This document shows positions 1 to 9,536 of a DNA stretch of 60,402 bases, piece by piece; the stretch's first letter is position 1; every line of letters starts with the position of its first letter. Made by a program: the position numbers and the translations under genes. Under the pieces are notes generated by a model, which searched no databases, was not told the origin of the DNA, and saw nothing but the letters and a program-made list of their open reading frames with translations. The stretch spans positions 1-60,402 of the forward strand of contig JABMOV010000166.1 in the NCBI GenBank assembly GCA_013203145.1, in the 5' to 3' direction. Origin of the DNA: Fidelibacterota bacterium. Lineage in GTDB: Bacteria > Fidelibacterota > Marinisomatia > Marinisomatales > JABMOV01.

Positions 1-88
1 AATTTCAATTTTAAGATAAAATCAGTAAACCGTCTGACCACAGATTTTAGTTTTTGTGCTAAACTCCAGTATCAAATTCATCTAATTC

Positions 89-646
89 ATGATACTTATT
101 ATTGATAACTACGATTCCTTTACATACAACCTCATGCAGCGCGTGGAAGGGCTTGGTACTTCCACACAGGTTGTACTTCATGATAAAATTTCTATCGATG
201 ATATAACCAATCTCAATCCTAACAAAATCATCATTTCACCAGGACCCGGGAAACCTGAGAATGCCGGAATTTCAAAGGAAGTTGTGAAGAACTTTTATAC
301 AAAAATTCCACTACTGGGTGTATGTCTTGGACATCAATGTATTGGTGAAGTATTTGGATCAAAGATTATTCCGGCAAAACACATGATGCACGGAAAAACG
401 GATGAAATTGAGCATAATAATTCCAATTTATTTGAAACTCTTTCTAACCCAATGACAGTAGCCAGATATCACTCTCTTGTTTTGGACTCGGTTCCCAATG
501 GATTCCGATTATCGGCGTGGGATTCACAGAATGATATTATGGCAATGCAGCATGAATCGTTACCTGTGTTTGGTATTCAATTTCATCCTGAATCATTTTT
601 AACACCAAATGGCGACGATCTCCTTAGAAATTTTGTGAATAACTAA
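89..646 (+). CDS. pabA: Aminodeoxychorismate/anthranilate synthase glutamine amidotransferase component
   Basis: IDNYDSFTYN, SPGPG, GVCLGHQ, RYHSL and QFHPES class-I GATase motifs; first gene of a pabABC-like trio. Confidence 0.9.
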   Translation: MILIIDNYDSFTYNLMQRVEGLGTSTQVVLHDKISIDDITNLNPNKIIISPGPGKPENAGISKEVVKNFYTKIPLLGVCLGHQCIGEVFGSKIIPAKHMMHGKTDEIEHNNSNLFETLSNPMTVARYHSLVLDSVPNGFRLSAWDSQNDIMAMQHESLPVFGIQFHPESFLTPNGDDLLRNFVNN

Positions 647-1794
647 TGAACGCTAATATTTTGAATAATTCTTCATTAAGACCTGCTCTATTTTGGAGTA
701 AATCAAAAAAAGGTTGGAAGAGAATTATTGCTTCCAATCCCATTGATATTTTAGAAGGAGACAAAACACTACCAGTTGAGATAATTCAACAATATTTTAA
801 AAAATATACCGGAAAATTGATACTTGGATTTATTTCTTATGAATACGGAGTAGCACAACATGATGTAATCACATCTAATCCATCATTATTTAACATACCT
901 GATGTTTATTTTGCAGCATACGATAAATATGAAGAAATTGATAAAATTCCATTATCAAACGACTTGGTTGACCCAAGATTAGCATTTCAGTCTACTACGA
1001 GCAAACAACAATATTTGGATGCAATTGGTAACATAATCAATCATATTCGTCAGGGAAATATATATCAGGCAAATTTTACTCATTTCCTAAAAAGTGAATA
1101 TGAGGGAGAATCATATCAATTATTCAAACAAATGATTCGACAAAATCCTGTTGAATTTTCATCGTTTTTACACACACCGGATTTTACCATACATAGTTTA
1201 TCCCCGGAACGATTTGCCACAATTCGTGGAAATTCCATTTTTACGGAACCCATCAAGGGAACACGACCAAGGGGAGAAAATCAAGCTGCAGATAATCAGA
1301 ATCGGGAAGCATTGCTTTCTAGTGAAAAGGAAAAAGCAGAACTCAATATGATTACAGATTTGCTTAGAAATGATCTTGGGAAAATTTCTGAAATTGGATC
1401 TGTAAACGTAACAAAAAATCGTGAAGTGATGCCCCTTGAAGCTGTCTGGCATACGCACTCAATCATTGAAGGACATCTCAAAGAAAATGTAAGTCCAATT
1501 GAAGCTATCTTATCTATGATACCAGGTGGATCAATTACGGGATGCCCAAAAAAACGAGCGGTAGAGATTATAGACGATTTGGAAACGTACAAACGTGGAT
1601 TATATACCGGGACGATTGGTATACAATATCCAAATGGTGACTCAGATTGGAGCATTGCGATTCGAACTCTAATTGAACAGAATAATAATCTCTATTTGGG
1701 TATAGGAGGTGGAATTACTCTAGATTCCATCCCGGAGGATGAGTATGCTGAATCACTGGCAAAAGCAAAATCATTTATGGAAATTAGAACATGA
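646..1794 (+). CDS. pabB: Aminodeoxychorismate synthase component I (short form)
   Basis: SPERF, PIKGTRPR, EKEKAELNMITDLLRNDLGKI, PGGSITGCPK; the PIKGT lysine and the downstream PLP lyase favour PabB over TrpE. Confidence 0.85.
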   Translation: MNANILNNSSLRPALFWSKSKKGWKRIIASNPIDILEGDKTLPVEIIQQYFKKYTGKLILGFISYEYGVAQHDVITSNPSLFNIPDVYFAAYDKYEEIDKIPLSNDLVDPRLAFQSTTSKQQYLDAIGNIINHIRQGNIYQANFTHFLKSEYEGESYQLFKQMIRQNPVEFSSFLHTPDFTIHSLSPERFATIRGNSIFTEPIKGTRPRGENQAADNQNREALLSSEKEKAELNMITDLLRNDLGKISEIGSVNVTKNREVMPLEAVWHTHSIIEGHLKENVSPIEAILSMIPGGSITGCPKKRAVEIIDDLETYKRGLYTGTIGIQYPNGDSDWSIAIRTLIEQNNNLYLGIGGGITLDSIPEDEYAESLAKAKSFMEIRT

Positions 1795-2564
1795 ACATTT
1801 TATGGAATAATCAATGGGTGAAGCCTGAAGAAGCAGTCATTCCGTTACATTCTGAAGCGGTGATGTATGGGTTGGGCGCCTTTGAAACCTTGAGAGCAAA
1901 TTTGGGTGGAGATATTATAAAACCAGAAGCTCATATTGATCGATTATTTCTTTCTTTAGATTCTATCGGATTATCACATTCTTATACTATAGAGGAAATA
2001 TTGCTCATGCTTCGTCGGGTTGCCGAAAATGGTAAATCCACCATGCAACGAATGAAAATCATGGTTGTGCCAGAAGGGATCGCCGTAACCAGTGAAGTTT
2101 TGAAAATTGATCCCACAATATATAATGGGATTGCATTAAAATCCGTCGTTCAGCATCGACCATTACCAAATGTAAAATCTTTATCATATTTAGAATGTCT
2201 ATTGAGCTATCGTGAAGCAATCAAAGAGGGCTATTTTGAAGCGTTAATGATTGGGCTTGAGGGAGAGGTGTATGAAGGTTCACGATCAAATATATTTTGG
2301 TTTGATGAGGATATTCTTCATACCAGAGATACTGGAGTTTTACCTGGAATTACACGCCAATTAGTATTGGATCAATCTCCATTCGATATAGAATATTCCA
2401 TCACAAATTTGGATGATTTAAAAACCAAGGATGAAATCTTTATTACCAGCAGTACGCTGGGAATTGTTCCAGTAAGTAAAATTGATGATGCAATTATTCA
2501 GGATGATACATTTCAGCATACGGGTAAAATTTGGAATATTTTACAAAAGAAATTTTATAAATAA
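1791..2564 (+). CDS. pabC: Aminotransferase class IV / 4-amino-4-deoxychorismate lyase
   Basis: YGLGAFETLR, KSLSY, EGSRSNIF, LPGITR; ATGA overlap with pabB. Confidence 0.75.
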   Translation: MNILWNNQWVKPEEAVIPLHSEAVMYGLGAFETLRANLGGDIIKPEAHIDRLFLSLDSIGLSHSYTIEEILLMLRRVAENGKSTMQRMKIMVVPEGIAVTSEVLKIDPTIYNGIALKSVVQHRPLPNVKSLSYLECLLSYREAIKEGYFEALMIGLEGEVYEGSRSNIFWFDEDILHTRDTGVLPGITRQLVLDQSPFDIEYSITNLDDLKTKDEIFITSSTLGIVPVSKIDDAIIQDDTFQHTGKIWNILQKKFYK

Positions 2565-2635
2565 TACACTGCGTCTCTTGGTGAAAAATGGGTATGTGCG
2601 GTAGCTGATTAATCTCTTGTACCAGTGAATTATAT

Positions 2636-2768
2636 CAGTTTGTGTATGGGTGTCGTTGGGGATTGCGGGCTTCATTCCTGTCAAGAAACAAGAAAGTTTA
2701 AGCGGGCTACAGCTCTTGGACTTAATACTATCCCGGCTATTATTTTTATACATTGTTGTAGTGCGTAC
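2636..2768 (-). mobile_element. attC-like recombination site of a solitary gene cassette
   Basis: Minus strand just after the stop of 2773..3186 reads GTACGCACTACAAC-AA-TGTAT...~100 nt...ATACA-CAAACTG; its first 14 nt are complementary (13/14) to GTTGTAGTGCATAC upstream of the ORF (3214-3227). Confidence 0.5.
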
Positions 2769-2772
2769 TTAA

Positions 2773-3186
2773 TTATTTCACCTCTCTACTTTTTTCAATT
2801 CTAATTAATAATTCAAAGGTCATAATTGCAAAGAATGAACCCACAATTGATGCTATAATATCATATGTGTCATAATGCTCGCTTGCTCCCCACATAGGTT
2901 TAAGTTCTTCAATTATTAAAATGGCAGAAACAACTATCGAACTTGTATAGACAATTAATCTGGCATGTTTAATTTTACGAATCACTACTGCTGTTACAGC
3001 AGCTGTACTAATAATGTAGGCTGCAATAAAATTGGGGAAGCAGCCAGTTAGTATTTTCAGTACCTCTGAATTGTTCAAAGTCGGTCTTAAGAATTCTTTG
3101 TTAAATGATATCAAACCAAATAATGCAGCAAAAAGGATTGCATTAATTGTAATTACTCTCTTCTTATTCTTCAACTTAATATTCAT
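2773..3186 (-). CDS. Small membrane protein (about four TM helices), cassette-borne
   Basis: 137 aa, several hydrophobic segments, YDTYDIIAS motif; AT-rich; flanked by inverted repeats. Confidence 0.75.
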   Translation of the reverse strand: MNIKLKNKKRVITINAILFAALFGLISFNKEFLRPTLNNSEVLKILTGCFPNFIAAYIISTAAVTAVVIRKIKHARLIVYTSSIVVSAILIIEELKPMWGASEHYDTYDIIASIVGSFFAIMTFELLIRIEKSREVK

Positions 3187-3259
3187 TCTTATTATTCTTT
3201 ATAATGTGTTTTTGTATGCACTACAACGTCTCAATAAATCCAATATTACGTTTATCCGG

Positions 3260-3826
3260 TTAACTCTGTAATTCTTTATATCTAAAACAATCCACGGTGT
3301 GATCATTTACAATGCCTGCACCTTGCATGAATGCATAGACAATAGTTGTACCAACAAATTTGAATCCCCGTTTTTTTAAATCAGTACTGATTTCATCACT
3401 TAAAGGAGTTGATGCTGGGATTTCTTTGATTGACTTCAATGTATTCTGGATTGGTTTTCCATTTGTAAACTGCCAGATATATGTATCAAACGATCCAAAT
3501 TCTTTTTGGACTTCTAAAAATGCCTGTGCATTTGTAATTGTGGCATTGATCTTTAGTTTATTTCGGATAATTGCTGGATTTTGTCGCAATTCTTCAGCTT
3601 TTGATTCATCGTACGTTGCAATGATATTTGGTTCAAAATTGTCGAACGCTGCCCTGAAACCTTCTCGTTTATTAAGCACAATTTGCCAACTTAATCCGGC
3701 CTGAAATGCATCAAGTGTAATAAACTCAAACCACAAACGATCGTCATGGCAGGGCGTGCCCCATTCATCATCATGGTATTTTTGCATGAGTTCGTTATTT
3801 CCGAGCCAATCACATCTTTTTTTCAT
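3260..3826 (-). CDS. tag: DNA-3-methyladenine glycosylase I
   Basis: RCDW, YHDDEWG, FQAGLSW, IIRNKLKI, GFKFVGTT, NDHTVDC; start moved to ATG 3826 (ATGA overlap with the upstream stop). Confidence 0.95.
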   Translation of the reverse strand: MKKRCDWLGNNELMQKYHDDEWGTPCHDDRLWFEFITLDAFQAGLSWQIVLNKREGFRAAFDNFEPNIIATYDESKAEELRQNPAIIRNKLKINATITNAQAFLEVQKEFGSFDTYIWQFTNGKPIQNTLKSIKEIPASTPLSDEISTDLKKRGFKFVGTTIVYAFMQGAGIVNDHTVDCFRYKELQS

Positions 3827-4380
3827 AAAGAATTTTCCTCCCAATAATCTTCCAGTTCAACACCAAGTCCACTTGCCAATCGGTTAACATAGTTAAAATA
3901 ATCGATAACCATATTAATTTGTAGAATAGCCTTATCTGAAAACCCTTGATTTCTCAAATCATCAATATGTGTTTTTTCAACTTTCCATGGTGTTGCTGTT
4001 AAAATTTTGGCATAATTCAACATGGATGCATCAGGCTCAGATATACCGAGCGGCAATTCGCCTTTTTCTAGGGTAATCGTATTTTGTTCATCATAACCGG
4101 TTTGACGAAGACCCTCTCCGTGATGCCTAATTCAGTAATGACATTGATTTTGAACCGATACTGCAACAGCAATCATTTCACGCTGCGTACGTGATAATTC
4201 AGACGAACCAAACATGAGTCGTTTATACAAACGAAGATGATCTTCCATCGTCTGTTCATCCAGACTATGGATTTTAATAATATGATCTAATAGACCATTG
4301 GATCTGTTTTTATAGCGATCAATTAATTGCGCTAAACGACCTTTTGCAACCGCCTCATCAATCCATTTTATCCACGCCAT
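3823..4380 (-). CDS. AhpD/CMD-like peroxidase-related protein, predicted selenoprotein (185 aa, Sec83 in C-H-Y-U)
   Basis: ORFs 4132..4380 and 3823..4056 are in the same frame, separated only by TGA 4132-4134; read-through gives REMIAVAVSVQNQCHY-U-IRHHGEGLRQ...FNYVNRLASGLGV. Confidence 0.88.
4089..4131 (-). promoter_or_regulatory. Bacterial SECIS-like hairpin
   Basis: After the UGA: ACGGAG-AGGGU-CUUCGU stem-loop (4121-4105), G-rich loop starting 16 nt after the UGA; CAUC/GAUG may form a lower stem. Confidence 0.65.
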
Positions 4381-4398
4381 ATTAGTGTTTGATAAATT

Positions 4399-5202
4399 CT
4401 ACCAGTATCGTTCGACGTGAATATTTCCAGGGCTTTTCTTCGTATGTTCCACAAAGCCTACCGATTCAAGTTTAGAAACCAATGTTTCAATCATTGCAGG
4501 ACCACCGCAAAGAAATATATGGGTATTGTCAGGAATAGGTTTCTCTCCCCAGCTTTCTTCCAATGCGGAACTTTCCCAGGCATCCTGCACGTAGCCATGC
4601 AAACCACCCCAGGGTGTCACTTCTTCTTTGGGTCGGCTGATAATGGGAATATAGGTCACGTTGGAACACATGTGTTTTAGGGTAATCAACTCTGAACGAT
4701 AGCCTAAATCCCAGGAATGTCGGGCTCCATGGATAATTCCAAATTTGCGATCTCCTCCACAGACTAAATGGGTTCGGAGCATGCTCATGTAAGGTGCCAA
4801 TCCGGTTCCAGTTCCGATGAGTAAAATATTCGGTTCACCTTCAATCATATCAAGAGTAAACATGCCGGTGAATTTTTTTCCAAGAAGTATTCGATTTCCT
4901 GGTTTTAATGCAAACAAACGCGGTGTGAGTTTTCCAGACCGAACCAGAGTAATATAAAACTCAATGTACTCTTTATTCTTTGAAGATGATGCTATTGAAT
5001 AGGCACGTTTAATAGGTTTATCTGAATCTGTTTTAGGTTCACGATCAGCAAAGGCTGAACGAAGAGCAGATTCTGGCAGGCCCAGAACACCGAATTGTCC
5101 GGCTTCAAAATCCGGTAATTCCCATCCATCAGGTACAACTCTTAATATGAGTAATTCAGGTGAGATTTCAATTCGCTGGCTTACAACTGCATTTAATTCC
5201 AT
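4399..5202 (-). CDS. fpr: Ferredoxin/flavodoxin-NADP+ reductase
   Basis: RAYSIAS, GKLTPRL, GTGTGLAPY, FLCGGPAM, C-terminal ERYW. Confidence 0.9.
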   Translation of the reverse strand: MELNAVVSQRIEISPELLILRVVPDGWELPDFEAGQFGVLGLPESALRSAFADREPKTDSDKPIKRAYSIASSSKNKEYIEFYITLVRSGKLTPRLFALKPGNRILLGKKFTGMFTLDMIEGEPNILLIGTGTGLAPYMSMLRTHLVCGGDRKFGIIHGARHSWDLGYRSELITLKHMCSNVTYIPIISRPKEEVTPWGGLHGYVQDAWESSALEESWGEKPIPDNTHIFLCGGPAMIETLVSKLESVGFVEHTKKSPGNIHVERYW

Positions 5203-5204
5203 TA

Positions 5205-6530
5205 TTATTTCCCCAATATTCCTAACTGTTTATATTTTTCTAGATACTTCTTATAAAGTGTTTTGTGTCGATCATTCATGTCGGTGGTCGTTCCAAGAAT
5301 ATATGCCTGTTCAACATGTGATGTAATTTCGAGTATATCGCCGTCCGCTATGAACAAAGATGCATCTTTGCCAATGTCCAACGATCCTATCTGATCGTCA
5401 ACTCCAAGGATTTCTGCAGCGGATAGCGTTATAGATCGCAAAGCGACATCCATGGGTAAACCAAAAGCAGCTGCCATTGCGGCGTGGTTAGGTAAATCCC
5501 TGACATGTGCCGCTTGAAATGCATTACCAGCTGTGGATATACAGAATGATACACCGGCCTCGTACAACCAGGCAGGAAGGGCATAGGCTTCGCTATAATC
5601 ACTATTTCTGCGCCATGGTGTTCGGAGGGTGCCTTCTATTATAACAGGGATTTGATGTTCTTTCAAGATTTCTGTAACACGCCAGGCATCCCAGCCACCA
5701 ACAATAACTATTTTCACGTTTTGCTTTATGGACCAATGTACAGCAGTTTCAATTTGACGTGCATCAAAGGCATGAATGAAAAATGGTTTTTCACCATTTG
5801 CATAAGGAATCATTGCCTCAAGTCGAAGATCATGTGCTACATCATGTGGACGTGATTTTGGTGGATTGTCTATTATTTTTTGGTATTGGCGTACTCGATC
5901 AATTAATTCATTCAGTTCTTTTAGAGCTTTGCGTCGGTTTTCCTCTTGCTCACTAACAGGAGTTTTGGAATTGGGATTAGTATCAATCCACATATCAGGC
6001 CAATTAACATGCAAAGCAGTTGGATGATTAAGAGTAGCATCTTCCCATGTCCATCCATCCATCATCATGAGTGAAGATTGCCCAGTTAGCCTCCCGCCTG
6101 TTGGCATAGTATTTACAAAAAGAACACCATTTGATCGTGTTATTGGTATGAGTTCCGAATCAGGATTATAGCTCACATTGGCGCGAACCTCAGGTGTCAT
6201 GTCACCGACTTCATCGTAGTCAACTGTGGCACGAACGGCAGAGACTTCCACTAAACCCAAAGTAGACACGCTGGCAATTAAACCGGGATAGATGTGTTTT
6301 CCTCCAGCATCGATTACTTCCATTTCAGGGTTAGGGACAATATTATCATCAATGCGGGTAATGATACCATTTTCAAACAGGATATCAGTGTGTTCCAATA
6401 CACCATGTGATACAGTATGCAACGTGCCATTTTGAATTAAAATGGGTTTTTCCTGCGCCGGTGCTGGAATTTGATCAGAGGCGAAAATAACTGCAAATGC
6501 AAATATTGGGAGGTAAATAAGTTGTCTCAT
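5205..6530 (-). CDS. Secreted amidohydrolase-family protein (lacks HxH)
   Basis: Signal peptide, DAGGKHIYPGLI, GSLDIGKDASL; start set at ATG 6530 (ATGA overlap). Confidence 0.8.
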   Translation of the reverse strand: MRQLIYLPIFAFAVIFASDQIPAPAQEKPILIQNGTLHTVSHGVLEHTDILFENGIITRIDDNIVPNPEMEVIDAGGKHIYPGLIASVSTLGLVEVSAVRATVDYDEVGDMTPEVRANVSYNPDSELIPITRSNGVLFVNTMPTGGRLTGQSSLMMMDGWTWEDATLNHPTALHVNWPDMWIDTNPNSKTPVSEQEENRRKALKELNELIDRVRQYQKIIDNPPKSRPHDVAHDLRLEAMIPYANGEKPFFIHAFDARQIETAVHWSIKQNVKIVIVGGWDAWRVTEILKEHQIPVIIEGTLRTPWRRNSDYSEAYALPAWLYEAGVSFCISTAGNAFQAAHVRDLPNHAAMAAAFGLPMDVALRSITLSAAEILGVDDQIGSLDIGKDASLFIADGDILEITSHVEQAYILGTTTDMNDRHKTLYKKYLEKYKQLGILGK

Positions 6531-9529
6531 TTTGCACCTTCTTCCCATAAAATATCATCGTGACCCAAACAATGCTCTTCACTATCGTCTGGAGCTGGCG
6601 GGGGCTCAAGAGGTGGGTTTCCCGTATCATCAGATTTAAGTATGTTTTGTATCAATTCCTGACGAATGGTTTTATCGCGTGCCAATAAATCAGCATCTTT
6701 TTTGAGGCTAAAGTATTGTCTTCCATCAATCCATGTTTCTTCACACTTCGATTGTGTCGATAGCGGATGTCCGCTCCAAACCACAAAGTCAGCGTCTTTG
6801 CCTTCTTCCAATGATCCAACCCATTTATCGATTTTTAGTTGTTTTGCTGGATTGATTGTGACAGTATTTAAAGCATCAATTTCTGACATGCCACCATACT
6901 TTACGCCTTTTGCTGCTTCCAGATTCATGCGGCGAGCAAGTTCGTCTGAATCACTATTGAAGGAAACCAAAACACCGGCTTCCTGCATTAGCGCACCATT
7001 GTAAGGAATAGCATCAAACACTTCAAACTTGTATGCCCACCAATCCGTGAATGCTGATCCACCTGCTCCATGTTCAGCGATGCGCTCGGCGACTTTATAT
7101 CCTTCCAAAACGTGTTGGAATGTTCTGATAGTAAATCCAAAATCTTCCGCTACACGTGTGAGCATAAGTATTTCATCTTGCCGATATGAATGACAATGTA
7201 CCAGTCGTTCGCCTTCAAGAACTTCCACCAAGGCATCTAATTCTAAATCTTTTCTTGGAGGGATCAGCGTTTTCTGCCAATTTGAATTTTTATTATAAGC
7301 GCGCCAGTTTTTTTTGTAATCATTGGCACGTGTGAATGCATCCCTGAGAATTTGCTCTACACCCATGCGGGTTTGAGGATAACGCGTATTATAATCATCG
7401 CCCCAGTTGGATTGTTTCACATTCTCACCCAAAGCAAATTTGATTCCTTTCGGTGCACTTTTTAACAATAATCCCTGGGCATTTGAACCCCATCGTAGTT
7501 TTATCACCGCATTTTGCCCACCAATCACATTTGCGGAACCGTGCAAAATATTAATTGAGGTAAGTCCACCAGCTATTTCCCTGTAAATATTTATATCATC
7601 AGGATCAAGTACATCTTGAATACGCACCTCTGATGTGACACTTTGTGCGCCCTCATTAATAGAAGCCGCAGCGGAATGACTATGAGCATCAATAAGACCG
7701 GCAGTGATGTGCTTTCCGCTACCGTCAATTACCACAGCGCTGTTTCGTGGGATTTTAATATCACGGGCAATTTTGTTGATTTTACCTTCGACGATAAGCA
7801 TATCCCAATCTTTTAGGATTCCTTTAGGACCGGAGGTCCAAATGGTAGCGTCGTTGATCAAAACAGAATAGGGTTGGTCGGGAATTTGTTCAAATCCGTA
7901 TGCGCCTTCAGGATAAACAACTGAAAAATTGCTGGCAGATTCCTCAATAGTTTTTTTCTCTTCCGCTTCGATTGCAGTATAATTCGTTGCTATCCATGAG
8001 AATTCATCGTCATTAGAATGAACCACAGTACCTACCAATTTATCTTTTGAGAGCGTTCCGGTAAATCTGGTAATACCAGAAAAATCATAGGTATCCGTTT
8101 CAAGAACCCATGAAAGTCGATTACCATCCACATTTAGGTGTTTTAAATCGATGGCGGTTGTATCAAATGTGATTGTTCCGGTAGGACTGGAAGGTTCGCC
8201 TTTGAATTCTAATTGTCCAGTTAACTCATTAATTGAGAAATCCCATTTTCCAAGGAGGAGGATTTCCGGCGCCGGTTCAACATCAATTTTATCACCACGA
8301 ATCCAGATTGATCTAACGGGATTTGATTCATCGAAATAGTTTCCATCTACAACAACAAAATTGGCATGGTATCCAGATTTTATTTTTCCGTGCGTATTTG
8401 ATAATCCAAATCGGTTAGCAGGATTGGTAGTAAGTGCCGCCAGAGCATCATCTTCACTGAGACCACGACGAACAGCAGACGCTAGATTTTTGCGAAATTG
8501 TTTACGATCTTTTAATCCGTTGGATGTAAAGGCAATACGAACTCCCGCATTGATCAATTTTTGTGCATTATCTGGCGCCATATCCCAATGTTTTAGTTGC
8601 TCGGTTGTATACTGTATAGCGCGATATGGATTGGCAATGTCAGGTTTCCCGGGGAAATTAAGTGGGAGAACAATAAATGGATTAGCTTTTGCTATTTCTG
8701 AAAGTCGTCGATATTCAAATCCCGAACCAAGAAGCCAGAGATCTAGACCAAACTCTTGTGCAACGTCTATTGCCCGGGTTGCGGCTGTCTCTTGACCAGT
8801 CTTTATATAAAAGGGCACCTTATTTATCCGCGCCATAGCGAGTGTTTCTAAAGCCACATTTTCTTTTATAGATTCATTTTTATCAGGGTTATCCGAGTAA
8901 ATAGATTGAGATTTTCCATACCATTCAGCATCATATAGGGTTTGCCGCATAACAGCAATGGTTCCTAGTAAGGATCCGGGATACTCATCTGAATCCCATC
9001 CTCTGGTTTTAAAATCCATGACCTGACTTACAGATGATGCCGTAATTGAGGCATGATTGTCTAAATTGATTATAGAGGATTGTCCACGGAAAATTCCGTC
9101 ATTAGGTACTGCATGAATTTGGGTAAATCCAAGAGAATGAAGTTCTTTAACAACTTTATCATCAAAAGAATAATAATCGGAAGCCACCCATTCGGGGTGA
9201 ACCAAATCAATCCAATGAGAACGGGAAGAGCGTTTAGTGTCTTTGGTTTCGACTTCAAACCATCCATCTATGAATCCAGCGTAGACATCAGCACCATTCA
9301 TGTTCAGGATTGTGGCATCTTTTGGAATAGAGATTTTTGAACCAACTTCCTCAATAATACCATCCCTGATGGCAATAGATGCATTTGATAATGTTTGTCC
9401 CGGTTCAGTATGAACTGTGGCGTTTTGCAATACATATACCCGCGGATTAACATGCATAATATCGATCAACGGTTCTGTCTGACAGAATAGGAATCCATAA
9501 AAGGATACTAAGAAGATTGATTTTTTCAT
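6527..9529 (-). CDS. Secreted double-domain amidohydrolase
   Basis: Two amidohydrolase repeats (NPANRFG...GKIKSGYHANF; GLIDAHSH...NPAKQL...GSLEEGKDADF). Confidence 0.85.
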   Translation of the reverse strand: MKKSIFLVSFYGFLFCQTEPLIDIMHVNPRVYVLQNATVHTEPGQTLSNASIAIRDGIIEEVGSKISIPKDATILNMNGADVYAGFIDGWFEVETKDTKRSSRSHWIDLVHPEWVASDYYSFDDKVVKELHSLGFTQIHAVPNDGIFRGQSSIINLDNHASITASSVSQVMDFKTRGWDSDEYPGSLLGTIAVMRQTLYDAEWYGKSQSIYSDNPDKNESIKENVALETLAMARINKVPFYIKTGQETAATRAIDVAQEFGLDLWLLGSGFEYRRLSEIAKANPFIVLPLNFPGKPDIANPYRAIQYTTEQLKHWDMAPDNAQKLINAGVRIAFTSNGLKDRKQFRKNLASAVRRGLSEDDALAALTTNPANRFGLSNTHGKIKSGYHANFVVVDGNYFDESNPVRSIWIRGDKIDVEPAPEILLLGKWDFSINELTGQLEFKGEPSSPTGTITFDTTAIDLKHLNVDGNRLSWVLETDTYDFSGITRFTGTLSKDKLVGTVVHSNDDEFSWIATNYTAIEAEEKKTIEESASNFSVVYPEGAYGFEQIPDQPYSVLINDATIWTSGPKGILKDWDMLIVEGKINKIARDIKIPRNSAVVIDGSGKHITAGLIDAHSHSAAASINEGAQSVTSEVRIQDVLDPDDINIYREIAGGLTSINILHGSANVIGGQNAVIKLRWGSNAQGLLLKSAPKGIKFALGENVKQSNWGDDYNTRYPQTRMGVEQILRDAFTRANDYKKNWRAYNKNSNWQKTLIPPRKDLELDALVEVLEGERLVHCHSYRQDEILMLTRVAEDFGFTIRTFQHVLEGYKVAERIAEHGAGGSAFTDWWAYKFEVFDAIPYNGALMQEAGVLVSFNSDSDELARRMNLEAAKGVKYGGMSEIDALNTVTINPAKQLKIDKWVGSLEEGKDADFVVWSGHPLSTQSKCEETWIDGRQYFSLKKDADLLARDKTIRQELIQNILKSDDTGNPPLEPPPAPDDSEEHCLGHDDILWEEGAK

Positions 9530-9536
9530 AATACCT

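Noticed and set aside
2541-2753. 70-aa minus-strand ORF
   Set aside because: It lies over the attC-like element, overlaps the pabC end and has no recognisable motif; likely a shadow ORF.
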